This document shows positions 37,842 through 52,600 of a stretch of 64,000 nt of DNA, one piece after another. The position numbers and the translations under genes are program-made. Source of the DNA: Microthyrium microscopicum (lineage: Eukaryota); the NCBI GenBank assembly GCA_010405405.1, contig MU004243.1, positions 491,340 to 555,339 on the forward strand. Direction: 5' to 3'. The first letter of the stretch is position 1; each line of letters begins with the position of its first letter. The notes beneath the pieces are model-generated. The model did not search any database and had not been told where the DNA came from. It worked only from the letters and a program-made list of their open reading frames with translations.

Positions 37842-40800
37842 ATGGCCTCTACTCCCTTCTCTCGCTCTTCGGCGATCCCACATGCAGCAGCTGCCTACCA
37901 ACCAGCCGCAGGTTCCCTCGGAGTTACTGCCCACCCAGGCACCTTTGTTTCTGGCACAAAGGTGCAAGTTGGACAACATCGAGTCGTAATTGATCGATAT
38001 CTATCAGAAGGTGGATTCGCTCACGTTTACGTTGTCCGGGTGCCACGGGACAACAGTAAACATGAACTGGCTGTGCTGAAACGAGTTGCTGTACCTGATA
38101 AGGATGCTCTCGCCAATATGCGGACCGAAGTCGAGACGATGAAGAAACTCAAGGGTCATCGGAAAATAGTCACTTATATTGACTCTCACGCGAGTCAGCT
38201 CAAGGGCGGAGGATACGAAGTCTTTCTTCTCATGGAATTCTGCTCCGGTGGGGGCTTGATAGATTTCATGAATACACGGCTACAACACCGATTGACAGAG
38301 CCTGAGATTCTACACATATTTTCAGATGTCGCAGAAGGCACGGCCTGTATGCACTACCTGAAGCCTCCTCTATTGCATCGCGATCTGAAGGTTGAGAATG
38401 TGTTGATATCAGGATCAAACTCTTCGAAAATATACAAGCTTTGCGATTTTGGATCATCAGCATTGCCCACACCTGCAGCTAAAAATGCATCGGAAGGACG
38501 GTTGATTGAAGACGACATTCAACGGCACACGACCATGCAGTACCGAAGTCCGGAAATGGTCGATGTCTATCGCAAGCAACCGATTGATGAAAAGGCTGAT
38601 ATCTGGGCCCTCGGAGTGCTTTTGTATAAGCTCTGCTACTATACAACGCCATTCGAAGAACAAGGGACTGCTGCCATATTGAACGCAAGCTACAAATTTC
38701 CGCCCTATCCCGCGTTTTCGACAAAATTAAAACAGTTGATCTGTGAGCTCACTCTTGTCGTCTTTTCTACTTAAGACTAACCCGTATCTAGCGTGGATGC
38801 TGAAAGAAGATCCCAAACAGCGACCAAACATCTATCAAGTGGTGAAAGAATCATGCGCCATGAGAGGAATCGAGTGCCCAATCAAGGATGTGTGTTGGCC
38901 ATCCCCTTGAATGTACAAAATACTAATCGTGCTAGATTTATACCGGCAGAACTCAATCAGAGAGTAGAAAATACGACCAACTACCACAGCCCCCATCGGA
39001 CATGTCTCCTCCGCCTGTAGTAGGCCTTCAAAAGGTCGCACCGGTGCAGGTTCAGCAGCCATCTGTTCCAGACATCACTCCAATGCGGAGAGGTCGCCCG
39101 AAGGTATCTAGCCACACCGAACAGCAAGCTCAGGCTATCAAGTCGTCATCAAATGACCCTTTTGCTGCTCTCGATTCCAAGAATTACGATGTTCGATCGG
39201 CCGCTGTCGACGAATTGGCTTCCAAATTCCCTTCCTTGGATGAGTTTTCCATCCTGCACGAAAAAGGAAGTGACTTCAAGTTTACATCAACAGGCCCTGG
39301 TGCAGCTCCAACCCAGGCAAACAATGCAAACCTACATAAGAGAGTCACGGAGGCACTTGCCGATCAAGCTTTTGCAATGCCCACGACTACTAAGACAGGC
39401 CCCGCGGCCGCAAGGACCCAGTCGCCTGCGGCAATGAGTCAACGGATAGACAGAATTACACAACAGCCCGCAAGTAGATCTCAGCCCACGCTTCAAGAAC
39501 CGGTACCTTCAAAGAGTTCGATGGTTTCTGTTGGAACTATGACCACCCCAGGAGCATCACCAAAGCTTAAAGCAGCAGAGCCTCATCGACCTATTTGGCG
39601 AGTCCCACTACATAAACCAACCTCGAGAGAATTGACCCCATCCAAATCTCTACCAAACTCGATTCCTTCAGACCTCGAATTACCTCCGAGGCCGGAAACC
39701 AAACCGTCAAAGCCAACACTTCTGGAAAGAGCTCGAACCAAATCACAGACCGCACTCTCCATTCCTAAATCTTCATCCTCATCGCGCCCATCCCTTGAGG
39801 GCCAGAGACCTTCAATGGATTACCTGGATTCGAGTGATAGATCGAGGTCAGCCAATGCTAGGCCTCGTCCAGCAAGTGTGTATATGGAATCAAACCTTGA
39901 TTACTTGAAAGATCGAGAAAGCTCGAGAACACGCACTACATCCATTCCTTCCTCGAAGGCTGACACTCCAAAACAAGTGGCCTCCGCAGTAGATTCCTCG
40001 GACGACGATGAAGGACCAGACGAGCATATCGCCTCTGATGTAGACTTTTTACGTTCCATTGAATCTACAGATGATTCTTCGAAGAAAAAGTCTCGGAGAA
40101 GCAGCAGCGGTGGAAAATCGAAACGAAGCAGTATACCATCAATTTCGCTTTCAGGCACCAAGAACATTCTCGCAGGAAGATTTGGCGATGCATTCCGAAG
40201 ATTTGAAGGTGGTAACTCATCAGATGCCCACACTAATGAGCAGGATGCCCTGCAACCAAATGCTCCATTATCTCCCATAATTGGCTCCGAAAAAACTGGT
40301 ACAAGCGGCCGCAGTGACGACGAAGTCCTAGAGGATTCCGAAGCGCTATCTCCTGAAGTACGTCGCGAAATCGAACGCAGACGATTGAGCCAAGAAGAAA
40401 AGCGCGTGGCGGCGGCTGCCGCAGAATACAAGCAACGTCTCCAGCAAGGTAATAAACCAGCTCCAGGACCAAGCAAAGCATCCTCCATTCAAAGCCGCGT
40501 CAAAAACCTCCTCAGCGACACCAAAACTACCCCCGCCACACGCACTGCTGAAGGCTACGGCAAATACACCAACATCAGCAAACCACCAGCAGACCAACCA
40601 AAAATCTCGCGAAAACCTATTGGCTCATCTGATCGCACCACGTTTGACCGAGCAGGCTTTGGCTCCATCGACGCAGTTCAGCAACGTCCACTATCCTCTC
40701 CGCGAACCGCGTACCAACCTTCCGTCACACCCGCAGCGCAACTCGCGAATCGTACTGGGCCACGGGTAGCACCCAAACCCGTCGCACTACGGACAGGCGG

Positions 40801-40954
40801 CCAGTTACCTGAGCGGACGACAACTCCGAATTCAAGACAGGCGGAGGATGAGGACTGGGAAACGAATTTTACAAAGAAATATCCTAGTTTGTCGGGCATT
40901 GAGATGGTGGAGACGGAAATTGGGCCTAGGATAGGTGGACATGGGCGCGATTGA
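37842..40954 (+). CDS. Ark1/Prk1 (NAK family) Ser/Thr kinase with a long disordered C-terminus
   Basis: LSEGGFAHVY, VLKRV, HRDLKVEN, LCDFGS and HTTMQYRSPEM motifs. Introns 38743..38791 and 38890..38935. Confidence 0.92.
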
Positions 40955-43865
40955 TTGAAGTATGTTGTTGGGTAAAGAATTCATGAATGGAGTGTAGTTA
41001 GGAAGTCGGAGTGATCATCTCTGGATGAACATGTTAGAGCTAGACTTGGATTTTCTGGAGAAGATCTTCCAAGCGCTTGAAATACAGTATAGCTTCCAGA
41101 ACAAGCGGAACGATTCCTGTTGTTGTTTTGATATGCACTTGCTCATGTGATTGTAATTACCTGCCTTGTTCGTTTACCCGTTTCAAGTCCCTCGTGGATT
41201 TGTTTTGTTGGCTGTTCGAAACATATCAACCACACCTTCGCGGATGTCCAAAGTGTTGATGTTCGCCATGTATGGAAGTGGTGGTCTGCTGTAGTTGGAT
41301 ATAACCCCTGGAATCAACATCGAAATTTCCTGATACCTAGAGAAGACCCTGGTTCTTGGACATGGCTAGGCGCGCGCTGGTATGATATAGAACCAGCCCT
41401 ATGTCTATCAGTTCTCACTGCTGCTACTTCCATAAGAGAGATCTGGACATCAGTAATACGGGAGATCTACTGGAATGTCGATCACTGAATACTGCTGCCT
41501 ACAAGGCGATGAAGCAGAGAGGTAGAAGAGGGTCATATTAAACCCAGATCCTCGGGTTGAAAGTCAATGAGGATGTCAAGATAAAAAATATGCCCTGTCT
41601 CTAGTTGATATGCGAGATTGTTAAGGAGGCTCTGCTTGCTATACAAAGGGCTGGACGAGTAAATGAAGTGGGGTTGAATATTCGTTTGGACGGAGTATTG
41701 AAGATCTTTGTGAAGTTGAGATTCACTTCCTTGTAGACATATTGTATATCCTAGAAGTACTCAAACATTCAATGCAGCAGTTTGAATATCATGGATGTAA
41801 ATAGACTGCCAGACTATATGCTCTTTCAGTAGAATCAGGACGCGATAAATTAGCACGCTCAAATGACCAGCCGATATAGGTACTATCAAAGCAGGCAAAA
41901 ATAGCTTGATATGAATACGGGCATATATCATATAGGGGTTCAGTATGAACAATGAGGCTCCTTTAAATAGACTTCACTAACCACAAGCATCCACTTTAAC
42001 GATGGTAGTGGATATCAAAGCAACAGCCAAGCCATCGGTACGCTACGCAGAACAGTTTTCGAACATTGACATCACTTCTTCAACAACGCAAAAAATGAAA
42101 TTATGGAGGAGGTACAAAGGAGTGAATGATGAAGTCATACTTCAGCTGATTTGGGCGACGTCTTGAAACACAGGTCCGAGCGAGTTAGTATTCCTGAGGA
42201 GCAAGCGGAGAAAGGCGTTCGCGCAAAGAGCAAGGCAAGAGTGAAGATCGCAATATGTTTCAGCCCCTAAGTGAACCGTTGGAAAAGGTGTTGGTGGCAC
42301 AGAAAATGTGGTTGAGGAAAATGGGTTTGGCCGACTGCCGAATATAGCGAGAGATCGACAATGGCTTGATTTGCAATAGGGGTGTGCCTTTTAAGCCCCT
42401 GACAGCGAAACGTTTTGATAGTGAGGGGGAGATTTCTGTTCGTTTGACACTGCTTTTATCTCATTGTCCACTGAGAGGTTGGTAGCATGGCATGTATCCA
42501 GACTGGGAAGTTGTGATGTAGATTTATCTGTTGGTGCAGTATTTGGAACCCGAGTCTGCCGATGTTTGCGTGGCTCGGAGCTAAGTTGGACCCTTAAAAG
42601 ACGACGGCGCTATTTTGGAGCAGGCACTACGGTAACTAAATTATGCACATGTGGCTACCGGTACAGGTAAGAGGGGAAATTTGACAGATAGAGTGGAGTA
42701 TCTACGTTCTAACTGCGCGTCGCGGGCGCCCGACTGGCGACTACTTATGACGATATAATCCGTCAGAGTTTCTAGCGTGTCGATGATGTTCAGTTCCACT
42801 ACAAAATACATCTACCTTACTTTTGCTCCCTCTGTTGCTGATGGGGCACGCAATACAATGGGCTACACCGTCTTACCAAGAATCCCTGGCTAGCCTTAAG
42901 TTATAGATGAGTTGTTGGCAGTTTGATAGCGAGATGGGTCGATTTGCAGGCTGCAGTGTCTGGTTCAAGCATAGACTGAGACCTTAATCAGGTTAAGGTT
43001 GGTGAGAAAAGCTGATTAGATAGGATGAAAGTTGCAAAGACCCATGCTGTATGGGCCCGTGGAAAGGATCGACAGCAACGTGATCATATGCTTTGTAGCT
43101 GGCTGCTGGTGTGGTAGGTTGGGGATGGATATCAAATCAGATTTGGCCTGTGATGTATGTTACGAGCTCCAGAGGTCGCGAGGATTGCTTGAGCAGTTGA
43201 AAGAGTATACTGGAGATTATCTTGTAGTATATGAACAACGCTCTCATCTTTATTGAGGAAAGATGTTCAATATCTTAGTTAACTTTCAAATTCATGGATA
43301 TTATACATTGTAGATGGTGGGAGGGGAGGTCTCAAGGATTGATGACAAGGAAAGAGCGACCAGACACGACAGGGATCTTCCATTGCTCCTGCACTTGTTG
43401 TCCACCCCTTCAGCAACCTCCACCAATCCGCCGCCTCGCTCGCTCCCAAGACTCCATAGCACTTGCCAAGCCCTCCAATGTCGCCGCCTCACACCTTCCA
43501 TACCTCCATTCGGCTCGTTGCTTCTCCCATTCATCCAACCCTCTAACCAAAAGGCACGTTTACCATACACTTGAATCCATTTTCCTCCTCTCCGCTAGCA
43601 TTCAAACATCTATCACTGCTACCGCTTCTCTACAACCTTTCATTCTCTTACTGTTCTTTCACTCCTCTCCATCACCCTCCCTGTTTACATCCTGTCCTGT
43701 CCGCCTGTGTGCTCGCGTTAAACACGACCAATATCTACCATCGCCTCATCCCTATCTTCCTCCGCTGCAACGACTGCTCGCTCATCCCTCGATCGTTATT
43801 CGAATCCCCTCTCCATCACTCATGACGCTCAAAGGCATTTGATACTTGTGCCACGATCAGAGGCC

Positions 43866-46800
43866 ATGACGCCCCTTTCTAGTGACACGGCCGATGCCGT
43901 TGCTGCTATCCTTTCCAACATTGCCAAAAACTACGACCCCCACAATGATGTCTCCTTTTCCGGCCAGGTTGTTGCTAATGGCAGCGCTCGCTCGAAAACC
44001 AGTCTGCCAGGCCCCAAATCTAAATCCAGTCTTGCCCTCGAAACCGAGATTAATGCTCTCGTTAACCGGGTACACTACCTCGAGGCGCGCGCTGCCAACA
44101 CGCCAAACTTTCCCATGACCCCTGGCGAGGCTGCACCCGCTCCAGCTTTTTCAAATGACGACGAGGACGAACCACCCAAAATCGTTACCAGCTCTGCAAG
44201 GGAACGATCCTCTTCTCTTACCCATCGAGAGAATGGCTTGACCTTTATAAATCATTGGCTTGCTTCCTCTGAGGATATACTCGATGGCACATCGCAGCCC
44301 ACTGCGCAGCTAACCGCTACTCAACTTGGATATATCCGAGAGCATCTTGGCAAGCAAGCTGATCAAATCAATAACCAACGTCATCAAATCGAGACACTCA
44401 GTGCTGCTGTTACGGAACAAAAGCGCGTGCAGAATACCGCTCTTGACCATGGCATCGAAGACATTGATGCTCTCAAGAGAGAGCTTCAGAAACACCAACA
44501 AGCCAATCTTGCTTTCCAAAAAGCACTACGAGAGATTGGAACCATCATCACTGCTGTCGCCAATGGTGATCTTGGAAAGAAAGTTCTCATCCACGCTAAG
44601 GAGCTCGACCCCGAAATCGCAACCTTCAAGAAAACAACCAATAAGATGATTGACCAACTTCAAGAGTTTGCATCGCAAGTGACACGTTTGGCACGCGAGG
44701 TCGGGACTGACGGAGTTCTTGGCGGGCAAGCTATCATTCCTGATGTTCGTGGTATCTGGGCTGAATTGACGAACAATGTCAATCTCATGGCTGACAATCT
44801 CACCAACCAAGTGCGAGAAATTGCAGAGGTTACTACAGCTGTCGCGCATGGTGATCTTAGAAAGACAATCAAGCGACCAGCCAAGGGTGAGATTCTTGAG
44901 CTTCAACAAACTATCAACACTATGGTGGAACAACTACGATCGTTCGCTACAGAAGTTACCCGCGTCGCCAAAGAAGTAGGAACCGAAGGCGTTCTTGGAG
45001 GTCAAGCTACCATTCCAGGAGTTCAAGGCATGTGGAACGACTTGACTATCAGTGTCAATGCTATGGCCATGAACCTTACCACACAAGTCCGAGATATCGC
45101 GGAGGTTACTACTGCAGTTGCCAAGGGAAATCTTGATCGAAAAGTCGAAGCCAATTGTCGAGGAGAGATTCTCGAGCTCAAAACTACCATCAACTCCATG
45201 GTAGACCAATTACGGCAATTCGCTCATGAGGTTACCAAAATTGCTCGAGAAGTAGGCACAGAAGGCAAGCTCGGAGGCCAAGCAACTGTTCATGGTGTTG
45301 AAGGCACCTGGGCTGACCTCACCGAATCTGTCAACTCCCTATCCATGAACTTGACGACTCAAGTGCGCGAGATCGCGGAAGTCACGACAGCAGTGGCGAA
45401 CGGCGATCTGACCAAGAAGGTACAGGCCAACGTTCAAGGCGAAATTCTCACTCTCAAGAATACCATCAATACCATGGTGGATCGATTGAATGCTTTTGCG
45501 TTTGAAGTGAGCAAAGTAGCTCGAGAAGTCGGAACTGAAGGAATATTGGGTGGACAAGCCGTAGTAGAAAAGGTCGATGGAAAATGGAAAGACCTTACTG
45601 GTGAGAAAAAATCTTGCCTCGCAATTTCTGACAACTAATACCCGATAGACAATGTCAATACTATGGCAAGGAACTTGACCACTCAAGTGCGCAGTATATC
45701 CAACGTCACACAAGCCATCGCTCAAGGAGACATGGGCCGACGAGTCGAGGTTCATGCCCAGGGAGAAATTGCTCTCTTGAAGGATACAATAAATGACATG
45801 GTTGCTCGTCTTGACGCTTGGTCACTTGCCGTTAAGCAGGTGGCGCGAGAAGTCGGTGTGGAGGGTATCATGGGCGGCCAAGCTAATATCGAAGGCATTG
45901 AAGGACGTTGGCGCGAAATCACCGTTTCCGTCAACACCATGGCCCAGAACCTTACATCTCAAGTTCGAGCATTTGGCGAAATTACGACTATGGCAATGGA
46001 GGGCAAGTTCATGCCAATCAATGTCGAAGCCTCTGGAGAAATGGGCGAACTGAAAGGCAAGATCAATAAGATGATATCAAATCTTCGCGACAGTATCGAA
46101 AAGAACACCGTAGCCAGAGAAGCCGCAGAACTGGCGAGTCGCACCAAGTCTGAATTTCTCGCGAACATGAGTCACGAGATCAGAACTCCCATGAATGGTA
46201 TCATAGGCATGACCGCCTTGTCTCTCGATACCGAGCTATCAGCATACCAACGAGAGATGATGACAATTGTTCATAATTTGGCCAATCAACTTTTGACCAT
46301 CATTGACGACATCCTGGACATATCGAAGATCGAAGCTAGACGTATGACGATGGAACAGATCCCGTTCTCTCTCCGGGGAACAGTCTTCAATGCCTTGAAA
46401 AGTCTGACTACACGAGCCAACGATAGATCGTTAAACCTTGTGTATCAGGTGAATGAGAATGTTCCAGACTGGGTTGTTGGAGACTCTTTCCGACTACGCC
46501 AAATTATACTCAATCTCGTCGGCAACGCTATCAAATTCACCGAACATGGCGAAGTTAAAGTCAACATCGCTGAGATTGTAGACGTAGGCTGTGATCCAGG
46601 CGAACACATGATTAAGTTTGCAGTCATCGATACTGGGATTGGCATTCACAAGGACAAGCTTGATCTTATCTTCGATACTTTCCAACAAGCTGATGGATCC
46701 ACCACACGACGATTCGGCGGTACTGGACTCGGTCTTTCTATTTCACGACGCCTGGTCACTCTGATGGGCGGCCACATGTGGGTTGAATCAGAACATGGCC

Positions 46801-47887
46801 ATGGAAGTACATTCTTTTTTACTTGCAAAGTCCGTCAAGGCGACCCCGGTGTCAACGGCATTGCTATTCAACTCGCCCCATACAAGAAACGACCCGTACT
46901 TTTCATTGATCGAGGACGAACAGGCTGCGGAGAGGTCATTGAGAAGCATCTCTCCGCACTGGAGTTCATCCCTCATATCATCAAACCAACAGAAGCAATA
47001 CCTATCCCGGATGCAAACTCCTCCATAACATACGACTGTATCATTGTCGACTGTAATGAAACTGCCCAACGACTTCGTGACTTTGAGAAGTTCAAGTACA
47101 TTCCGCTAGTCATGTTGTCCCCTGCCATATCAGTCAGTTTCCGATCAGCTCTCGAGGACGGAATATCGAGCTACATGTCTACTCCATGTCTAGCAATTGA
47201 TCTAGGCAATGCTTTGATTCCCGCGCTTGAAGGCAGATCTGCTCCTCCGGTCTCGAACAACTCAAAATCTTTCGATATCCTCCTTGCAGAAGACAATGCG
47301 GTCAACCAGAAGCTGGCTGTCCGTATACTAGAGAAATATCACCACAAAGTCACTGTTGCAAACAACGGTCTGGAGGCTTTTGAACATATCAAGAAGCGAC
47401 GCTTTGATGCTATCCTCATGGACGTTCAGATGCCCATCATGGGAGGCTTCGAAGCCACGGCCAAGATCCGCGAATGGGAACTAGAAAACGGCCTCTCGAG
47501 ATCTCCAATCATTGCCCTCACAGCTCACGCAATGGTGGGAGATAAAGAAAAATGCATCGAAGCCAATATGGATGAATATTTGTCCAAACCACTCAAGCAA
47601 AACCAACTCATACAAACCATCCTCAAGTGCGCCACACTAGGAGGTGCGCTCCAACAAGCGCACGAATCTCCTCTGGACTCTGGGTTGCAAAAGCACCCAA
47701 CGCACCCTTCGAGGCCTTCACTGGAAATCCGTGCTTACACTCAACAAGCAGCAGAGAGCCCGGCAATAATTTCCGATGCTACGGAAAATCCAATGGAAAA
47801 GGTTAGGAATCACAGCTCATATATGTAAGGCGGAGAGACTGATGCACATTTTCACAGCTTGTTTTCAGATCACATTCCACTGGTTGA
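43866..47887 (+). CDS. nik1: Group III hybrid histidine kinase with poly-HAMP repeats (Nik1/Os-1 type)
   Basis: Five EVGxxGxxGGQA repeats plus a partial sixth, H-box [17 protein letters not shown] boxes (NAIKFT, DTGIGI, GGTGLGL) and receiver ILMDVQMP. Introns 45601..45648 and 47802..47857, the latter giving the C-terminus LVFRSHSTG. Confidence 0.95.
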
Positions 47888-49655
47888 GCTTGCAACCTTG
47901 GAACTTTTTACAGATCACGCATTTTATGATACCCTCTTTGATACACTTCTTCTTTTCATCTTCTACCTCGTCTTGTGTACATCATGACCATTCTGACTAC
48001 GTTCCGGCTTTGCTGTTGCCAGACAGTTCCAAGCACAACGTTCCCAGGCTGAAGCCGAACATGACTGTACCACCATCTAGATACTCAGCATGATACGAAC
48101 ATCACTGTCCATCGCTTCACCTCTATTGCTTTTTTTTCTACTATTCGGCTATCCTCATGAGCTGGGTGTTTGGAGTACGAACCTGTTTAGCTACACGTGT
48201 AAGGAAGTGTGCGACTTGCTCCTTCGCTTATAACTTTATTTTCTTTTTTTTGTATGGCGGTGGTAGAAGTGGATTTATGTGGGATTTTTTTTCGGGACAT
48301 GACACATCGACTGTGCTTGATGCGGGATGCCTATGCAGTTTTATGAGCAAAAGGCTGGAGAAATCTTAGAATTTTTTACTTCTTGATATCATTGCTGATC
48401 GTCATGCCGTGAGTGAGTGTCAAAGGATGTTGGTGTTGGTGTCTATTTATAGCGGTGATGATGCCCAGCTATTTGCTACTCTCTACAGGCTCCAAGGCAT
48501 ACTCGCTGCTCATACATACATAGAGCATACTACATAGAATGATGGAAGAGAACACTTTTTCTCAGTCAGCCTCGAGGAAGGACCCACTATTGGTCAATAA
48601 TGGCATGTGTGCCAACAGTAACGAGGCAAGTAATTTGTCCGTATGGCCAAATGAGCTTACGGTAATGCCGAGAAGATTGCTGGGGATCTAGGGAAGCGAT
48701 GGAGATCTTTTTAGTGGTAGAGGAGGATCAAAGTTGAGAATACATGCATACTCTACATCTACCTAACACTCTGTTATGCTGGATTTGGTATCATATAAGA
48801 TTATCAGCAATGGGGCTGGAAAGCGGAAACACTCGAGGGCTTTTGGCAGCGAATAGTGGACTTGATGGATGTTTGAAAGGCTCGTACATAGTAAAGGTAG
48901 TAGTATGGAGTAGTACCCTAGAATAGTTGACAGTTAAGGGTGCCTTCCATGTCTTGCATGCATAAGTAGGGTGGTAGGTTAGAAGCAGGTGCAAGCCAGG
49001 ATAATAGAAGCCACAACTTGAAGATGAGGCCGCCTATCGCCTATCGCCATCTCTCCTATCCCAGTATCTACCTTATGTACAATCAGGTAACTACCTTTGT
49101 ATTACGCGAATAGGAATTTTATGCCCATCGTGCCTCCTAAAAGCAGGCGCAGTTTGTGTCCTCAGCAGAGTTGCCTTGTCTACAGTGTTGCTGCTGCACA
49201 GGCATGTCGGTGTGAGTCTGTGAGGCCTTTCGTACATGTTGCTTTCAGCCGTAAATCCCTCCCCTCTCTCCACCAAACACCTCCAAAGTTACAACCATTC
49301 CCATCTACAGCCCATCGCTCAATCTCCCCCTCCATGTACATACACCTCGTCAGCCTGTCCGCATGAAGTTGACCGGATTATTGCCTCGCCTAGACGCTCC
49401 ACGACTGCCACCTCCACACCGTCTAGCCAGTCACTGGCTGGCTGGCTAAACTCAGACTTCACCTGCTTGCCAGTCACTGCGCCGCCAACTCCTTCAAGAG
49501 TTCCTGACTTCGCCTGACCTCGATTCTTCTTCATTCTGCAAAACCTGCAAGCGGCTACAAATTCCATCCCTGTCAACTACACCTTTTCCTAACACGCGGC
49601 CCAAACTCGAGTTTGCCACCTCCTACCACACTGCGAACCTTACTCCACCTACATC

Positions 49656-52600
49656 ATGGCCTCAATTGAGGCGCTCGAGGAAGAGCTTCTCTTCGAGAAC
49701 ACTTTGCTGGAGAGTCTCGACGGACTCTCTGAGAGCGATCTAGAGCAGACATTCGAGATTCAGGAGAGAATCGACAACCTCCAAGCGCGAATCAACATGC
49801 TTCGGCCGTCGGAACACATCACTGTGTCGTCTCTACAGCAAAGCGCAAAACGTAATCGAGAAGCCAGCGATGACCACCTCATGGTCCCTTCGCATCGAGG
49901 CAACAAATCTCAGCGTACCTCTCCTTCTCCAGTCGACGAAGACTACGATGACGACTCTGACGTCGAGAGCCTCCCATCCGACCTGGGCTTCCTTAGAAAG
50001 GGCGTTGAGGGCGACAAAAAGCGCGAATTGATGGAGAGACAACGTCGACGAGAAGAAGAGCTCAAAGCAAAGCGTGACCAGGACTTGCAAGACGCTGCAC
50101 TTGCACGATCGCTAGAGAATGAGAGTCCTCCTCTGAGCACCTTCAGCCAGCGAGTTGGGCAATCAAGTAGGCCTGTTAATAACGCCAACTTGGTTCAGCG
50201 CAATCTCTCTTACAATGGAACTCTGCCACCTGTTCGACAATCGCAACGTCCTTTGCAATCGACCAATCTGCCAATAATTGGAGGCTCGAGATCATCGTCA
50301 AATCCTCATCGCGTTCAGTCCTCTGGCTTTCTTCCAAGCCAAGGCTTCCAGAATGACAATTCTTCGCGCTCAAACCTCTCACATAGCACCTATGCGGATC
50401 CATCGCCTTTTGCAGCTGTGCAACAGGAGCAATTACTTGGTGACCTGGGACAACCTATACATGGGCAAGGACAGCAGTACAATGGACAAAGCCATCAATA
50501 CCCGGGACAAGGGCTTCAGTACGGACAACACCAGACTTTCAGTACTATGGACCGGCAATTCAGTGGCTTTGGGCAGCAGCAGCAGTACGGTGGTCAAGGA
50601 CCGCATTTCAGTTTGCAGAACCAAGGGTTTGATGATCGATCTCACTCGCCTAGTATGAATCTTAATACTGGCTTTGGAGGATATCCCAACTCTGCAGCAG
50701 CGAGCACAAATCAGATGCGCATTAAGTCTGAACATCCCGCGCAAGAGTACACTTTTGGTACGAATAACCAACAAAACAGCCAGAATGCATTCGCCGGTCA
50801 AGGTCACTCGCAAGGTCTAATGCCAGCATACTACACACTTGACAATAGCAGTAGTTCTTCTCTTGAGGAAATCCGACCAGATCAATTCCGACCAAGCAGC
50901 CGTACCCAACATATGGCACCGCCTCAGCAGACTTATGGAACACCCGCTAGCCAATCATTGATGCGTGGCCATAATCAAATGAATAGATCCAGTAGACCAC
51001 TTCCTTGGGCCCCTAATAATGTTAATGCGGTTCCTGCAGGCGCTCCAATGGGCCTCTTGGGCCAGGCTGGTTCCGCGTTGGCGTCTCTTGCTAACGGATT
51101 TGCGGGTGTAGTCAACAATGCTCTCGCATCCCAAGCTCCGCAGATTCCCGACCCTTGGGCTAATGCCTCAATGGATCGCTTAGGATTCTTGTATGCGGAC
51201 AATTCGCGAACTGAAGAGGACATCAAGAAGCTTATGGATAATATTCGACCAGACGAAGATTTACCTCCGGAACTACGCAAAGGAACTCCGGATTCGATGT
51301 CTACAGCTTTGATGGAGCATCAAAAATTGGGACTGACTTGGCTGTCAGAGCGCGAGGAGAAAGTTGGTGCTAGCATTCTTGCTGATGATATGGGCCTTGG
51401 AAAGACTATTCAAACTCTTGCCCTCATGGTTTCGAGAAAATCTGACGATCCGGCTCGCAAGACCAACCTCATCGTAGCACCTGTCGCTCTCCTTCGCCAA
51501 TGGGAATCTGAAATTGAGGAGAAGCTCAACAAGCGTCATGCCCTTTCAGTATACCGGATGCACGGAGTGTCAAACAAGCGAGTCACGTTCAACACCCTTC
51601 GAGGTTATGATGTTGTCATGACCACATACGGTGTTCTCACGAGCGAATATAAGCGTATGCTTGAGTATATGCTTTGGAAGAAGAACAATCCAGGTGGAAC
51701 AACTCCTCGCCCCTCGAAGTTCCACTTTGCTCTTCTGGGTGATGAATGCAAGTGGTACCGAGTCGTTCTTGATGAAGGTCAAAACATCAAAAACAAGTCG
51801 ACAAAGGCTGCAAAAGCTGCATTTCAATTGCAGTCCACTTATCGTCTCGTTTTAACAGGTACACCGATGCAAAACAACATTGAGGAGCTCTGGCCACTTC
51901 TACATTTCTGTAGACTTCGACCCTATAGTGATGAAGCGCAGTTCAAAAAGGACATTTCATATCATCTCAAGGCCACCAACCGATATGGCAGCAAGCAAGC
52001 AATGGAGCGACTTCAGGTTCTTCTTCGCTCGGTTATGCTGCGACGAACCAAGACTTCCACTCTGGACGGCAAGCTACTCATTACTCTTCCAGAGCTTTCT
52101 TCGGATGATACTGAAGTTACTTTTGGAGAAGAGGAAGATAAGTTCTATCGAGAGCTTGAAGAGAAAGCCCAGGTTACGGTCAAGAACATGATAGCGCGAG
52201 GAACATTGGGCAAGAAATACAGCAATGCATTGACACTTCTGCTGCGTTTACGTCAAGCTTGCTGTCACGAGAGCCTGGTCTACTTTTCGGAGTCCGCCCT
52301 GACAATGGCGCGTATTGATGCCGAGCCTGAGATGATGCTCGAATTGGCGAAGGAGCTTACTGCGGACGTGGTTGGTCGGGTAAAGAATGAGCAGGGTGCT
52401 TTCGAGTGCCCAATATGTATGGACGCTTGCGCAAATCCGGCCATTCTTCTGCCGTGTGGTCACTGGACTTGCGGTGATTGCTTTGTCAATTTGCGAGATA
52501 CTTCTCAACAAAACGAGACTGCTGAGGTCAAATGTCCAGTTTGTCGTGGACTGGTGAATCCCATGCGAATCACCGACTTCCAGGCTTTCAAGCAAGTCCA

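Noticed and set aside
44975..45010. Val in the second HAMP repeat (GVLGGQA), at the position I infer corresponds to Botrytis Bos1 I365, as a fungicide-resistance allele
   Set aside because: The change is conservative and, from memory, Val occurs in wild-type orthologues. Known resistance alleles are non-conservative.
44520..46020. Roughly 276-bp periodic repeats as a DNA repeat array
   Set aside because: They are the normal poly-HAMP coding repeats of a group III histidine kinase, with the usual copy number.
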